From an uncultured Candidatus Poseidoniales archaeon (GTDB lineage: Archaea; Thermoplasmatota; Poseidoniia; Poseidoniales; Thalassarchaeaceae), in assembly GCA_964618995.1 (NCBI GenBank), contig CAZUBQ010000002.1, positions 25,352-89,351 on the forward strand: 64,000 nucleotides of DNA, in the 5' to 3' direction. The position numbers and the translations under genes are program-made. Positions within the stretch are counted from its first letter, which is position 1. Each line of letters begins with the position of its first letter. Shown piece by piece: positions 21,001 to 28,648 of the stretch. The notes beneath the pieces were generated by a model that saw only the letters and a program-made list of their open reading frames with translations, made no database searches and was not told the DNA's origin.

Positions 21001-23759
21001 CTGTCCGCGTCCTCATCACGATCGGTCGGGTCCATCGGATCAAGGGTCCATTCGTTGCCGCCGTGGAAGGTGGTGCCAATCCAGCGCCGATTCTCAATCT
21101 CCCAACCATCTGGCATGCCGTCTCCGTCACTGTCCCACACGGTAGGGTCGGTCGCCCGGTCGGTGGCGCCCGAGGAGCCTGTGCCTTGCCAACCGAGCGC
21201 GTAGACCTGTTCGGCTATCTCGCCTTCGGAATCGTCACAGAGGTACTCACCAGTCTCGTAGTGACAGGTGAAATTCGTCTCGGAGAAGAACCAGCCCCAG
21301 TACTCCGCACCATCCAGCAGACCGTCACCGTCGGTGTCGGATAGACGTGGATCCGTCCCGTTGAAGCCTTCGGGAACTATCGCCAGATAGCGGAACTCAT
21401 CGAGATTGGTCCAGTTGTGGTCAGGGATATCATCCACGTAGGGATTGAGATTGATGCCATCGACGTCGAGGTCCTCGTCCCTGTCGAACGGATCGGTCGG
21501 GTCGAGACCATGCGCATTCTCCCAACCGTCAGGCATACCGTCGAGATCCGAATCGTTGTTGAACGGATTGATCAGCATGCGGTTGGAATAGCGTCCGGGG
21601 TCGAGGCCAGCGAACACAGTCTCATTGCCGTCCACGTTCATCACTGCTAGTTCAGTGACGAATCCGGGTATGCGGGTATGTCCGACGTCCACGCCGAGAG
21701 AACGTGCGTAGTCACCGTTGAGTACCCATGTGCCGAACGCGGAACCTATCAGCACCTCGTCGCCCAGAGGCAGAATGGCATGTACGTTGTTGGCACCCTC
21801 GGTGTTCCATTCATCGTTCTGCATCCGCTCGCGAGTGAAGGCGACCAGCGGGTCGGCGGCGTCCAGTAGTGAGAATTGGTGCACGCCGCCGGCGGTTCCC
21901 ACCCAGATGGTTTGGTGACTTGAGAGAGTTCCATCGGAAGCGCGTGGGCCGTCCACGACCAGTGTGCGGATGTTGGCTGAGTGCGACGCGTTGCTCGGGT
22001 CAGCGGCGCGCACGTAGAGTTCGGCCAAGGTCTCGTTGAAAATCCAGGTAATGGCGAAGTCGCCGCGCGCATCGGCGGTGTCTGCCACGAGCATCCCATT
22101 GTCAGTTCCGAGATACAGTTGCGGTGTCTGCCCATCCAAGGTCGCATGCGCCACTGCCTGTAGGGTGGCATTCTCCACCGCCAGCGCTTCGACCACCTTC
22201 TGCGCAGGAACCACCGCGCTCACCTGCCCGCTACCATCGACGCTGAACGTCCATGCGCTGCCAGCGGGTCCGCCGGCGAGCAGGTCGAGCGAGCCGCTTC
22301 CGGTGCTCAACCGGCTGAGCAGACTGACCTCTCCGAACTCAGCGGTGTTGACCGGCGCCGTAAGATCGAGCTTTCCGCTGTCGTCAAGGTTCCACACCGC
22401 TATGCTCTGGTTCAGTGCCAACACGAGGAATGATTCTCCTCCGCCATCTGTCCAATGGACCATGTCGTTGAGCTCCACCCCTGGTAGGAGTTTGTAGTGG
22501 TAGGTTGCTCCAGTGGCCGGCTCGAAAATGGTGACGCCACGCATTGAGGCCACGTAAATGAGGCCTAGTTCGGAATCGACATGCAACGCCCGAACATCAT
22601 GATGCAGGATGGCGGGAGATGTGCCTTGATCGTACATCTGGACTTCTGCGTCGACTTTACCCAACGGGGTGCTCTTCATGCCAGCGCGAACCCAGGTTCC
22701 TTGATCGATGAAGATGTAGTACTCCTCCAGATTGCTCAACGCCTCACCGAGGTAGATGGTAGCCCGCGAACCGTCTGGTAGCACCATACCGTCGCGATCG
22801 ATGTCCCAGCCGTCCTCGTCGCTGTCAAGCAGGCTGTCCGACTCGTTGCGCGGATCGAGCCCGAAGAAAACCTCCCAGCCATCGATGATACCGTCGCCGC
22901 GGTTTGACTTGGCCAACTCACGTGAGCCAGACCAGTAGAAGAAATCGGAGTCATTGCGCAATGGGTCGGTCCCCAGCCACCCGGGATATCCAGTGGGTCT
23001 TGTATCGAGGTCGGTGCAGGCGGGCATCAACTCGATGCAGCGCAGTCCGTGGAACTCGGTGGTCCAGTTCTCCCAGGCGCCGTAGTTGTACTCCTCTGCG
23101 TTGGTGTACCATTCGTGCACTTCTATGATACCATCACGGTCGACATCGAATCCGTCGCCACACCCCAGATCACCATCGATGCAGCGATCTGAGTCATTCT
23201 GACCATCGTACGAGTTCAACGGATCGAACGCGTTGCACTCCCAAGCGTCGCTCTCGTTGATGGAACCGGTCTCCATCATGCACATCCAAACCTCATAGCC
23301 GTCGGGGAGACCATCTCCGTCAGTGTCCGCCACACGCGGATCGAGGAACTCTCGTAGCCCCGATTCGCTCTCACCCGGGGGTTTGCCTGTCAGGCTTCTT
23401 CGGTTGGTGAAACAGTTGTCCAGGTCGTACGGCCAGCAATATTCTGCCAACGCGACCAAGCCATCGTTGTCGAAGTCAGACTGGTTGTCAGAACCATTCT
23501 CGAAATCGAGGCCATTGATGACGAGCGTTACATCGTCAAGAGTCAGATTAATCGCCTGGCTGAACGCCTCCTCGTGCAGGTCTGGGATGAGATCCTTATC
23601 GGTGTCCGTGATTGGTGGGCCTTCGCCCGTCGTGTCGTCTGGGTGGACCGATTCGACAGGTGAGTTGGGACGACTCTGCGACACGAAAACCATGCTGCCC
23701 AGAATGAGCAGAGTGACCAAGATGACAGTCTGCTTCCGGCGCACGAATAACACCCCCAA
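18012..23759 (-). CDS. Giant (~1,915 aa) N-terminally anchored Ca2+-binding repeat protein (TSP3-like DxDxDG..DG.E repeats) with a central beta-propeller-like region
   Basis: More than 20 DxDxD(G) motifs such as DSDGDGMPDGWE; propeller-blade-like LYLGTDNG, IWVGTAGG, VLIGSAFG; N-terminal hydrophobic helix. Start codon uncertain. Confidence 0.85.
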   Translation of the reverse strand: MGVLFVRRKQTVILVTLLILGSMVFVSQSRPNSPVESVHPDDTTGEGPPITDTDKDLIPDLHEEAFSQAINLTLDDVTLVINGLDFENGSDNQSDFDNDGLVALAEYCWPYDLDNCFTNRRSLTGKPPGESESGLREFLDPRVADTDGDGLPDGYEVWMCMMETGSINESDAWECNAFDPLNSYDGQNDSDRCIDGDLGCGDGFDVDRDGIIEVHEWYTNAEEYNYGAWENWTTEFHGLRCIELMPACTDLDTRPTGYPGWLGTDPLRNDSDFFYWSGSRELAKSNRGDGIIDGWEVFFGLDPRNESDSLLDSDEDGWDIDRDGMVLPDGSRATIYLGEALSNLEEYYIFIDQGTWVRAGMKSTPLGKVDAEVQMYDQGTSPAILHHDVRALHVDSELGLIYVASMRGVTIFEPATGATYHYKLLPGVELNDMVHWTDGGGESFLVLALNQSIAVWNLDDSGKLDLTAPVNTAEFGEVSLLSRLSTGSGSLDLLAGGPAGSAWTFSVDGSGQVSAVVPAQKVVEALAVENATLQAVAHATLDGQTPQLYLGTDNGMLVADTADARGDFAITWIFNETLAELYVRAADPSNASHSANIRTLVVDGPRASDGTLSSHQTIWVGTAGGVHQFSLLDAADPLVAFTRERMQNDEWNTEGANNVHAILPLGDEVLIGSAFGTWVLNGDYARSLGVDVGHTRIPGFVTELAVMNVDGNETVFAGLDPGRYSNRMLINPFNNDSDLDGMPDGWENAHGLDPTDPFDRDEDLDVDGINLNPYVDDIPDHNWTNLDEFRYLAIVPEGFNGTDPRLSDTDGDGLLDGAEYWGWFFSETNFTCHYETGEYLCDDSEGEIAEQVYALGWQGTGSSGATDRATDPTVWDSDGDGMPDGWEIENRRWIGTTFHGGNEWTLDPMDPTDRDEDADSDGLTNYCEYQWELLLLDSRANGLPSHGESAEAAQNWTKIDPNNPDSDGDSLPDGWEARYACVWSMANVGINPLNGSDYLNNPDGDGYDANHDGELTEDEWFNNWMEYHIKDKQIFGNMTDDGTPLPAGFVTSLWNDSWTSGATLPFGERAGFNAISNVPGIILTDEGASDPLSADSDTDGMPDGWEVWFARWDTFDAQWMLNPMNSSDRFNDPDGDGMTNWEEYNSISANLSETDANQTSPQWFPFRSGNQIILQPWAQGVGAPSFGAFMSSDQYNLSGPTCDPNNGDSDGDGLLDGIELLFTEWNLSFLNWTLNPLVAGDGGADGDQDALTDLQELNLTYENPLNGGLAPPDAPKMWEEALVLESANFSERIEDMLEGRSGRAFIALQQHWNWEVTGIAQPFFSTLIGITDPTNNDTDDDGMIDGYEYWFTEWDLDGNRWSMNPLTITDVFADSDDDSYDCNQDGQIAPDERYSNLREYEARVYGKESMRYSFPPGFGIVDYGEDAINAYMDEQGLSWGDARAQLVQTFAAKDVTSSNRMNRINSAYSDNFNLSLIGISDPTHSDSDSDGIPDGWEFCYGTYQTVFPVDDWRWATNPVNPLDIDYDPDLDGWFDRTSGDRVATQGEWSSHVFTSGGIEDQISAGNSPLFFTNWMEYDNGTRPDLNDTDEDAITYTHISDPSDDNITLSYERDWALLDGREVFKYGTNALDNDTDWDMLPDWYEYKMGWNESNDNWSSYAQIETVWEQYTVLGSIVLRPLHDNGMGLLERPLMNWTWYTFNATDPADAMEDPDLDGDWECTNAGCTYTSYNNFQEFYGITNASLVSPTLVRSTPIPIAGTSPPINVVVSEWWELRETLLGLGQPSSYLVNYMRMYRTNSTDELYALVINDMDPDYMTIDNGNDIHLVKGDWTDEYGRVFGDQYHFPNTGIGENVWGWWRIDMDGDQIADGTNPLNWDSDGDWLNDWFEIENDMLDNVRGNGPSPLRWDDRKTNIG

Positions 23760-23996
23760 CTACGTTGGTGGTGTCTAACCACATTCTTTCCCTTATGATG
23801 CTGATGGAGCACAGTTCGGACACTGCGACTCGTCGCGGTGGAGCGAATACCACAGGTACTTCAGGTGAGAGTCCACAGGGTAACACGCGCTTCCCATGGA
23901 TTCGTTCGGAGGGTGGAGGGGTATCTGAAAACTGACGTCCTCTAATGTCAGCAAGAGGTGAATTGAAGGTGTGACTGTGTGCCCGAAGCGCTCGCG

Positions 23997-24806
23997 ATGA
24001 CCCTACAACTGACCCATCTCGGAACAGGCAGCCGTGGCAACGCCACCTTGCTATGCTCTGAAGAGGCAAACATACTGCTGGACTGCGGATTCTCAGGCAA
24101 GGAGTTGGAACGTAGACTAGCCTTGCTCGAACTGAAGCCGGAAGACCTGGATGCGATCGCCGTGAGCCACCACCACAACGACCACTCCAAGGGGGCACTA
24201 ATCGCCAACCGTCGCTGGGGCATTCCTCTGCACATGAACTTCGATACCTGCGCCCGGCTTGGGCTTGACCCGGTCAACGACTGCACCCTGTTCGAAGCAT
24301 TGGGACGCGTCGAATTCGCCGACGACTTGTCGCTGCTGCCAGTACCTGTGGAACACGGAGATGCGGACAATGTCGGATTCATCGTCAGCCATCGTGGAGA
24401 GAGAGCTGCGGTGGTGACGGACCTCGGTTCATGGTCAACCGAATTGGTGCGTCACCTCGGCCAATGCACGCACATTTCGCTCGAGGCGAACTACGACCAC
24501 GGGCGCCTGTTGGGCGGCCCCTATCCTGACCGCTTGAAACAGCGTATCATGGGTCGCGGCGGACACCTGTCTAACGAGCAGGCGGCCGATCTGCTCTCTG
24601 AAGTCTGCGGCCCCGCCACGAGAAGTATCGTACTCTGTCATCTCTCAGAGCAGAACAACCAGCCACACCTCGCCGAGAGCGAGGTTCTGATGAACATAGA
24701 CAACCAGTTCGATGGGGATCTGTCCATCAGTCTGCAGTCAGGACCGGAATTCAGCCACTACCTGGGTCAGGTAGAGCCAGAACGACTCTCGAGTGCGCAT
24801 ATCTGA
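23997..24806 (+). CDS. Metallo-beta-lactamase-fold hydrolase, YycJ/WalJ-like
   Basis: LGTGSRGNA, LLDCG, SHHHNDH, TDLG, LEANYD, YP..LKQRI...GHLSNEQA, HLSEQNN. Confidence 0.88.
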   Translation: MTLQLTHLGTGSRGNATLLCSEEANILLDCGFSGKELERRLALLELKPEDLDAIAVSHHHNDHSKGALIANRRWGIPLHMNFDTCARLGLDPVNDCTLFEALGRVEFADDLSLLPVPVEHGDADNVGFIVSHRGERAAVVTDLGSWSTELVRHLGQCTHISLEANYDHGRLLGGPYPDRLKQRIMGRGGHLSNEQAADLLSEVCGPATRSIVLCHLSEQNNQPHLAESEVLMNIDNQFDGDLSISLQSGPEFSHYLGQVEPERLSSAHI

Positions 24807-24858
24807 GCAGTAGGCTCAGGTGCTCTCCTCGGCGAAGTCATAAGAACGGCAGGAGAGA

Positions 24859-25902
24859 GTGGGGAACGTGCGCCAGCGGAGCGGCTCTCTCGCCCGTCGA
24901 GATGTTGGCGGTGTCAGCGAGATTCTCGGCGTGACGATGCTGCTGGCGATGGTCGTAACCGTGCTAGGAGCTGTGTTCGTGCTGCTCGCGCCATTGGTGA
25001 ACGACATCAACGACAATAGAGAGTGGGCAGCGGGCAGCGTGGCTGCCACTCAATTGAATGACAGAATCTTGGTCGTGGCTGATTCACCTGCAGGAACCGG
25101 CGTCGTGCATCACAGCGCGCAACTCGCCAATACAATCGACTGGCTTCCAAGGGCGGAAACTTGGACGATTGCTGCCGATCTGGCCGGAACTGACCGGGTG
25201 ACCGTACAACTGGACCCGGGCGAGGTAAATGTCACCAGTTTGAACCGCACCGCCAGCAACGTGACAGTTGTCACCGAGACTGCTACTTACCAATTCGACC
25301 TCGTGAACGGAACGGGAAACCTCAGCATCGGCAGCGCCATGCACGGGAAGGTCAGCGTGGAGGTGAAAGACATTCATGGGAGCACGATTCACCGCCTAGT
25401 GCGCATCTCCATCGACGGCATTCGCCTGAACAACCAGATGAGCGGGGGTGTATTCAGCGTGGATCTCGTGAATGGGGCGCGCATAGAGAAACTCCCCGGG
25501 CAGGGTATCGAAGTGCAGCAGTATCCGCGGCTGCGACATGATGTCCTCATCGACGGGACTCATCGCGTCAGTCTGGTACTGCTCAACATCGATGTCGGCG
25601 AAACCCTGACGCGGCACATGACCACTGTGAACCTCGGTTCGCTTGGAACCGAGGCGCTGTTCGAGGCTCAGTCGCGCAATCTCCTGCTGAAGTCTGAGTT
25701 CGTTACTGAAGCGACCATCGGCGCACGCTACACCCATCACTGGGCTGGAGACCACGATCTGTGGCTGGCCAGCGGACAGATAGACGACTACAATGGATTC
25801 GGCCCCCGCCAGCGCCTCTCTGGGCTCGATGGGCTGACACTGTTCCCTGCCGACGAGACGTTCACCCTTGAGGTCACGTTGCAGAAGGTGGTGGTGAGTT
25901 GA
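24859..25902 (+). CDS. Archaeal type IV pilin-like protein (class III signal peptide)
   Basis: RRDVGG|VSEILGVTMLLAMVV followed by a hydrophobic helix. Confidence 0.75.
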   Translation: MGNVRQRSGSLARRDVGGVSEILGVTMLLAMVVTVLGAVFVLLAPLVNDINDNREWAAGSVAATQLNDRILVVADSPAGTGVVHHSAQLANTIDWLPRAETWTIAADLAGTDRVTVQLDPGEVNVTSLNRTASNVTVVTETATYQFDLVNGTGNLSIGSAMHGKVSVEVKDIHGSTIHRLVRISIDGIRLNNQMSGGVFSVDLVNGARIEKLPGQGIEVQQYPRLRHDVLIDGTHRVSLVLLNIDVGETLTRHMTTVNLGSLGTEALFEAQSRNLLLKSEFVTEATIGARYTHHWAGDHDLWLASGQIDDYNGFGPRQRLSGLDGLTLFPADETFTLEVTLQKVVVS

Positions 25903-28148
25903 TGCGTCGACGTATGGATGACGAAGCGGTCTCGGCAGCCATCGCGACCGTGCTGCTGTTCGCTGGTACGCTGGCCATCATTTCAGGAATGATGGTGACG
26001 ATCACTCCGATGGTCGACGAGATGCACGGCGCGGTCGAGCGCCAAGCGATGTCGAGCCAGATGACCGATCTGGCCTTGGAGACAGTGCGCCTGTCCGAGA
26101 CGGGGCTTCCGGGCGATTCCGCCACAGTCCAGTTGCGGCCACACACAGGGGAGTTGAACTGGGACCTGAAACACGGTGGGACCTGGTACTCAGCGAGCCA
26201 TGTCGAAGGCGGAACCCTTCGTCTGGATGGAGTACTGGATCTAGACGATCGAGCGCGCTTCCGCTATCCCACAAGCGAGGTTTCCTCAATCTGCTTCGAT
26301 GACCTGCGAGGAGGCCCGGGGGCCTTGTGGCAAGTGCGTCTGCCCGACATCGATGGGACGTGGGCAGCAACTCCCGTATCGACCTTGGAACTGCCTTTGG
26401 CGAGTACCAGTTTGAACATAGATAACGAGGGGGTCGAGACAGATGTCCGTCTCCCGTACGGGGTGTCATTGACTGGGAGTCTGTCCGCTGGAGGTGGTGA
26501 CACATGGTTACACGCCGATGGCCCCGTCAGAGTCCTTGCTTGGATGGGAGATGGAGGTGCTGCGCTCATCGCACCCGATCTGGCCGCACCGGCTGACGGC
26601 ACGGGACGTGGCTGGACGCTTCCCGTACCACCAGGTTCCGTCACTGCTCATCTTGTGACGGCACGACCTGCGAGCATCGAATGGACCATCGGCGAACAAT
26701 CCGGTAGTGGGGTAACTAGCGGGAGTACGGCTGCATGGAGTAACACCTGGCCTACAGGTTCAGGAGACGTACTCATGCTGCGCAGCAGCGCACCGGGACG
26801 ACTACTGCTGCAATGGGGGTCTGATGCCGCCGAATCCGGTTCGGCTGCTGGCTCGACCATGTGGCCGGATGATACAGGTTCTTTCGTCGGACGTAACTTC
26901 AGCCTACCAGCAGCGAGCGGCAGCCTGTTGCTGGAGAACTCTGCCACCCAGCCCGTCACAGCCAGCATCCACGGACTGTTTCACATGGTTCCCGCTCAGG
27001 GTCAGTTGCGTGTCGGCTGGACGAGCGGTAGCGGAGACATCACTGTGAGCGGCCCGGTGCAGTTGCACTGGCTCGCGGATGCGACCGGAGCACATGCCTG
27101 GCGTCCCGGAAGCCTCGACCTCGTGCGCGCTCTCGACACCGGTCAGACCAGCGGACTAGAGCATCGTATCGGAGTGCCAGTCAGCAACGGTGACATCGAC
27201 CTGTTGCTACAACCAGCCGCGCCTCAGACCCGAGTACGCCTGCTTACCAGCCTCTCTTCTGGGGAGGAATATGACGTACTGCTCAACCATACAGGCAGCA
27301 CACATACCGCCAGCCTTGCTGCCGGCGCATCGGGACTCGTGCGCATCGAAGTGAACAACAGCGACGCATTCCCTGACATGCCGATTCGCGTCTACGCCTC
27401 AAGTGGTACTGATGGATTAATCGAGGTACGCTCGGACGGCGAGGGTCGTTGCCTCCATCTGGGAGTCCGCGCGTCGGGTTGGATTGACGTAGATCTCCCT
27501 TGGAGCGATGTCAGTAAACTCGGAGACCGAGGGCTCAGGACAGCATGGGCTGATGGCACCCACATGCTGGGATTCGCTCTCAAGGTACGCGGCCCCCTAG
27601 GTGATTCCCCACACTCGGTTCTCGCTTCGGCATGGGGAGTTCATCTCCCACGGCTGAACTACGAGTTCAAAAGCAGCGTCAGCGGGATGGAGATCGGCTT
27701 CCGCGGTGGGTTCGTAGGTACCAACCATCCCGAATTTCACGCTGATGTAATCGTCCCGCCACCTTCGCGCGAAGGGCCGGGACCGCGTCTCGCAGTGACC
27801 ATGCAGATGACCATGCCAACGGCTGATTCAGCCCTTGGCAGCAGCGTGGTTGAACTTGAGTTCAACCTCGACAAGCGTGATCAGCTCACCTCCACCAAGG
27901 CATGGGAGATACGCAGAGGGTGGGACGGCCCCTATGGACCGGCAATCGCTGCAGACGCCTCTGAAGATCTCGCATTCTCGGATGATTGGCTCACCTTCCC
28001 TGGCCAACTCGACCTGCTCGACGACCATGTCGGTTGGGTGCAACTGGTTCCTTCAAGTTCCGAATCGATCTACCACGCTGGCGGGAAGCAGATCCTGTTC
28101 AACCTGCAACTAGCTCAGATTACATCGTCGATGGTGGTGGTCGTTTGA
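25902..28148 (+). CDS. Large pilin-like protein (class III signal peptide), probable minor pilin or adhesin
   Basis: RRRMDDEA|VSAAIATVLLFAG; TGATG stop/start overlap with the upstream gene. Confidence 0.72.
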   Translation: MRRRMDDEAVSAAIATVLLFAGTLAIISGMMVTITPMVDEMHGAVERQAMSSQMTDLALETVRLSETGLPGDSATVQLRPHTGELNWDLKHGGTWYSASHVEGGTLRLDGVLDLDDRARFRYPTSEVSSICFDDLRGGPGALWQVRLPDIDGTWAATPVSTLELPLASTSLNIDNEGVETDVRLPYGVSLTGSLSAGGGDTWLHADGPVRVLAWMGDGGAALIAPDLAAPADGTGRGWTLPVPPGSVTAHLVTARPASIEWTIGEQSGSGVTSGSTAAWSNTWPTGSGDVLMLRSSAPGRLLLQWGSDAAESGSAAGSTMWPDDTGSFVGRNFSLPAASGSLLLENSATQPVTASIHGLFHMVPAQGQLRVGWTSGSGDITVSGPVQLHWLADATGAHAWRPGSLDLVRALDTGQTSGLEHRIGVPVSNGDIDLLLQPAAPQTRVRLLTSLSSGEEYDVLLNHTGSTHTASLAAGASGLVRIEVNNSDAFPDMPIRVYASSGTDGLIEVRSDGEGRCLHLGVRASGWIDVDLPWSDVSKLGDRGLRTAWADGTHMLGFALKVRGPLGDSPHSVLASAWGVHLPRLNYEFKSSVSGMEIGFRGGFVGTNHPEFHADVIVPPPSREGPGPRLAVTMQMTMPTADSALGSSVVELEFNLDKRDQLTSTKAWEIRRGWDGPYGPAIAADASEDLAFSDDWLTFPGQLDLLDDHVGWVQLVPSSSESIYHAGGKQILFNLQLAQITSSMVVVV

Positions 28149-28633
28149 GAACAGATGATCTCGAGCAGGCGTCAATTCGCAGGGACGAGGCGGCGGCGGC
28201 GACTGAACTAGGATACGTGTTCACATTCCTTCTGGGACTGCTGTTCCTCTCGATGTTCAGCGTCTGGACCTGGGACCTCGAATCCTCGCGACAGAAGTCA
28301 TGGACGGCGGAGGCGATGGACCAGAACCTCGACGCAGTGGCTGCTGCAGTGGAACGGGCTGATTCGGCGAGTCACCTCGGGGATGACGTCACTTACGCGG
28401 AACCAGTGCCTCTGCTGCTCTCTCAGGCGACCCGGCTGGAACTCAGGATGCTCCTCGATGACGAGGGGCTGCTGCTGCAAGATGGGAGTCGAGAGTACAC
28501 TTCGCGCAGACCCATCAGCGCGGGGGCTGCGACCAATCACACTGGAGAGGTGTCCTTGAATGGAATCGATACCGTCTGGGTGGTGCTCCACGACGGAGAA
28601 GTGCGACTACAGGTTTCCCAACCGGGCATCTAG
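28145..28633 (+). CDS. Small pilin-like protein (class III signal peptide)
   Basis: RRDEAA|ATELGYVFTFLLGLLFL; TTGA overlap with the upstream stop. Confidence 0.7.
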   Translation: MRTDDLEQASIRRDEAAAATELGYVFTFLLGLLFLSMFSVWTWDLESSRQKSWTAEAMDQNLDAVAAAVERADSASHLGDDVTYAEPVPLLLSQATRLELRMLLDDEGLLLQDGSREYTSRRPISAGAATNHTGEVSLNGIDTVWVVLHDGEVRLQVSQPGI

Positions 28634-28648
28634 GCTACAAGGAAGTCC

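Noticed and set aside
23795..23935. C/D box sRNA or fluoride riboswitch (ATGATG...CTGA; GATGGAG)
   Set aside because: The C box is imperfect, the spacing is too long and the riboswitch pairing is absent
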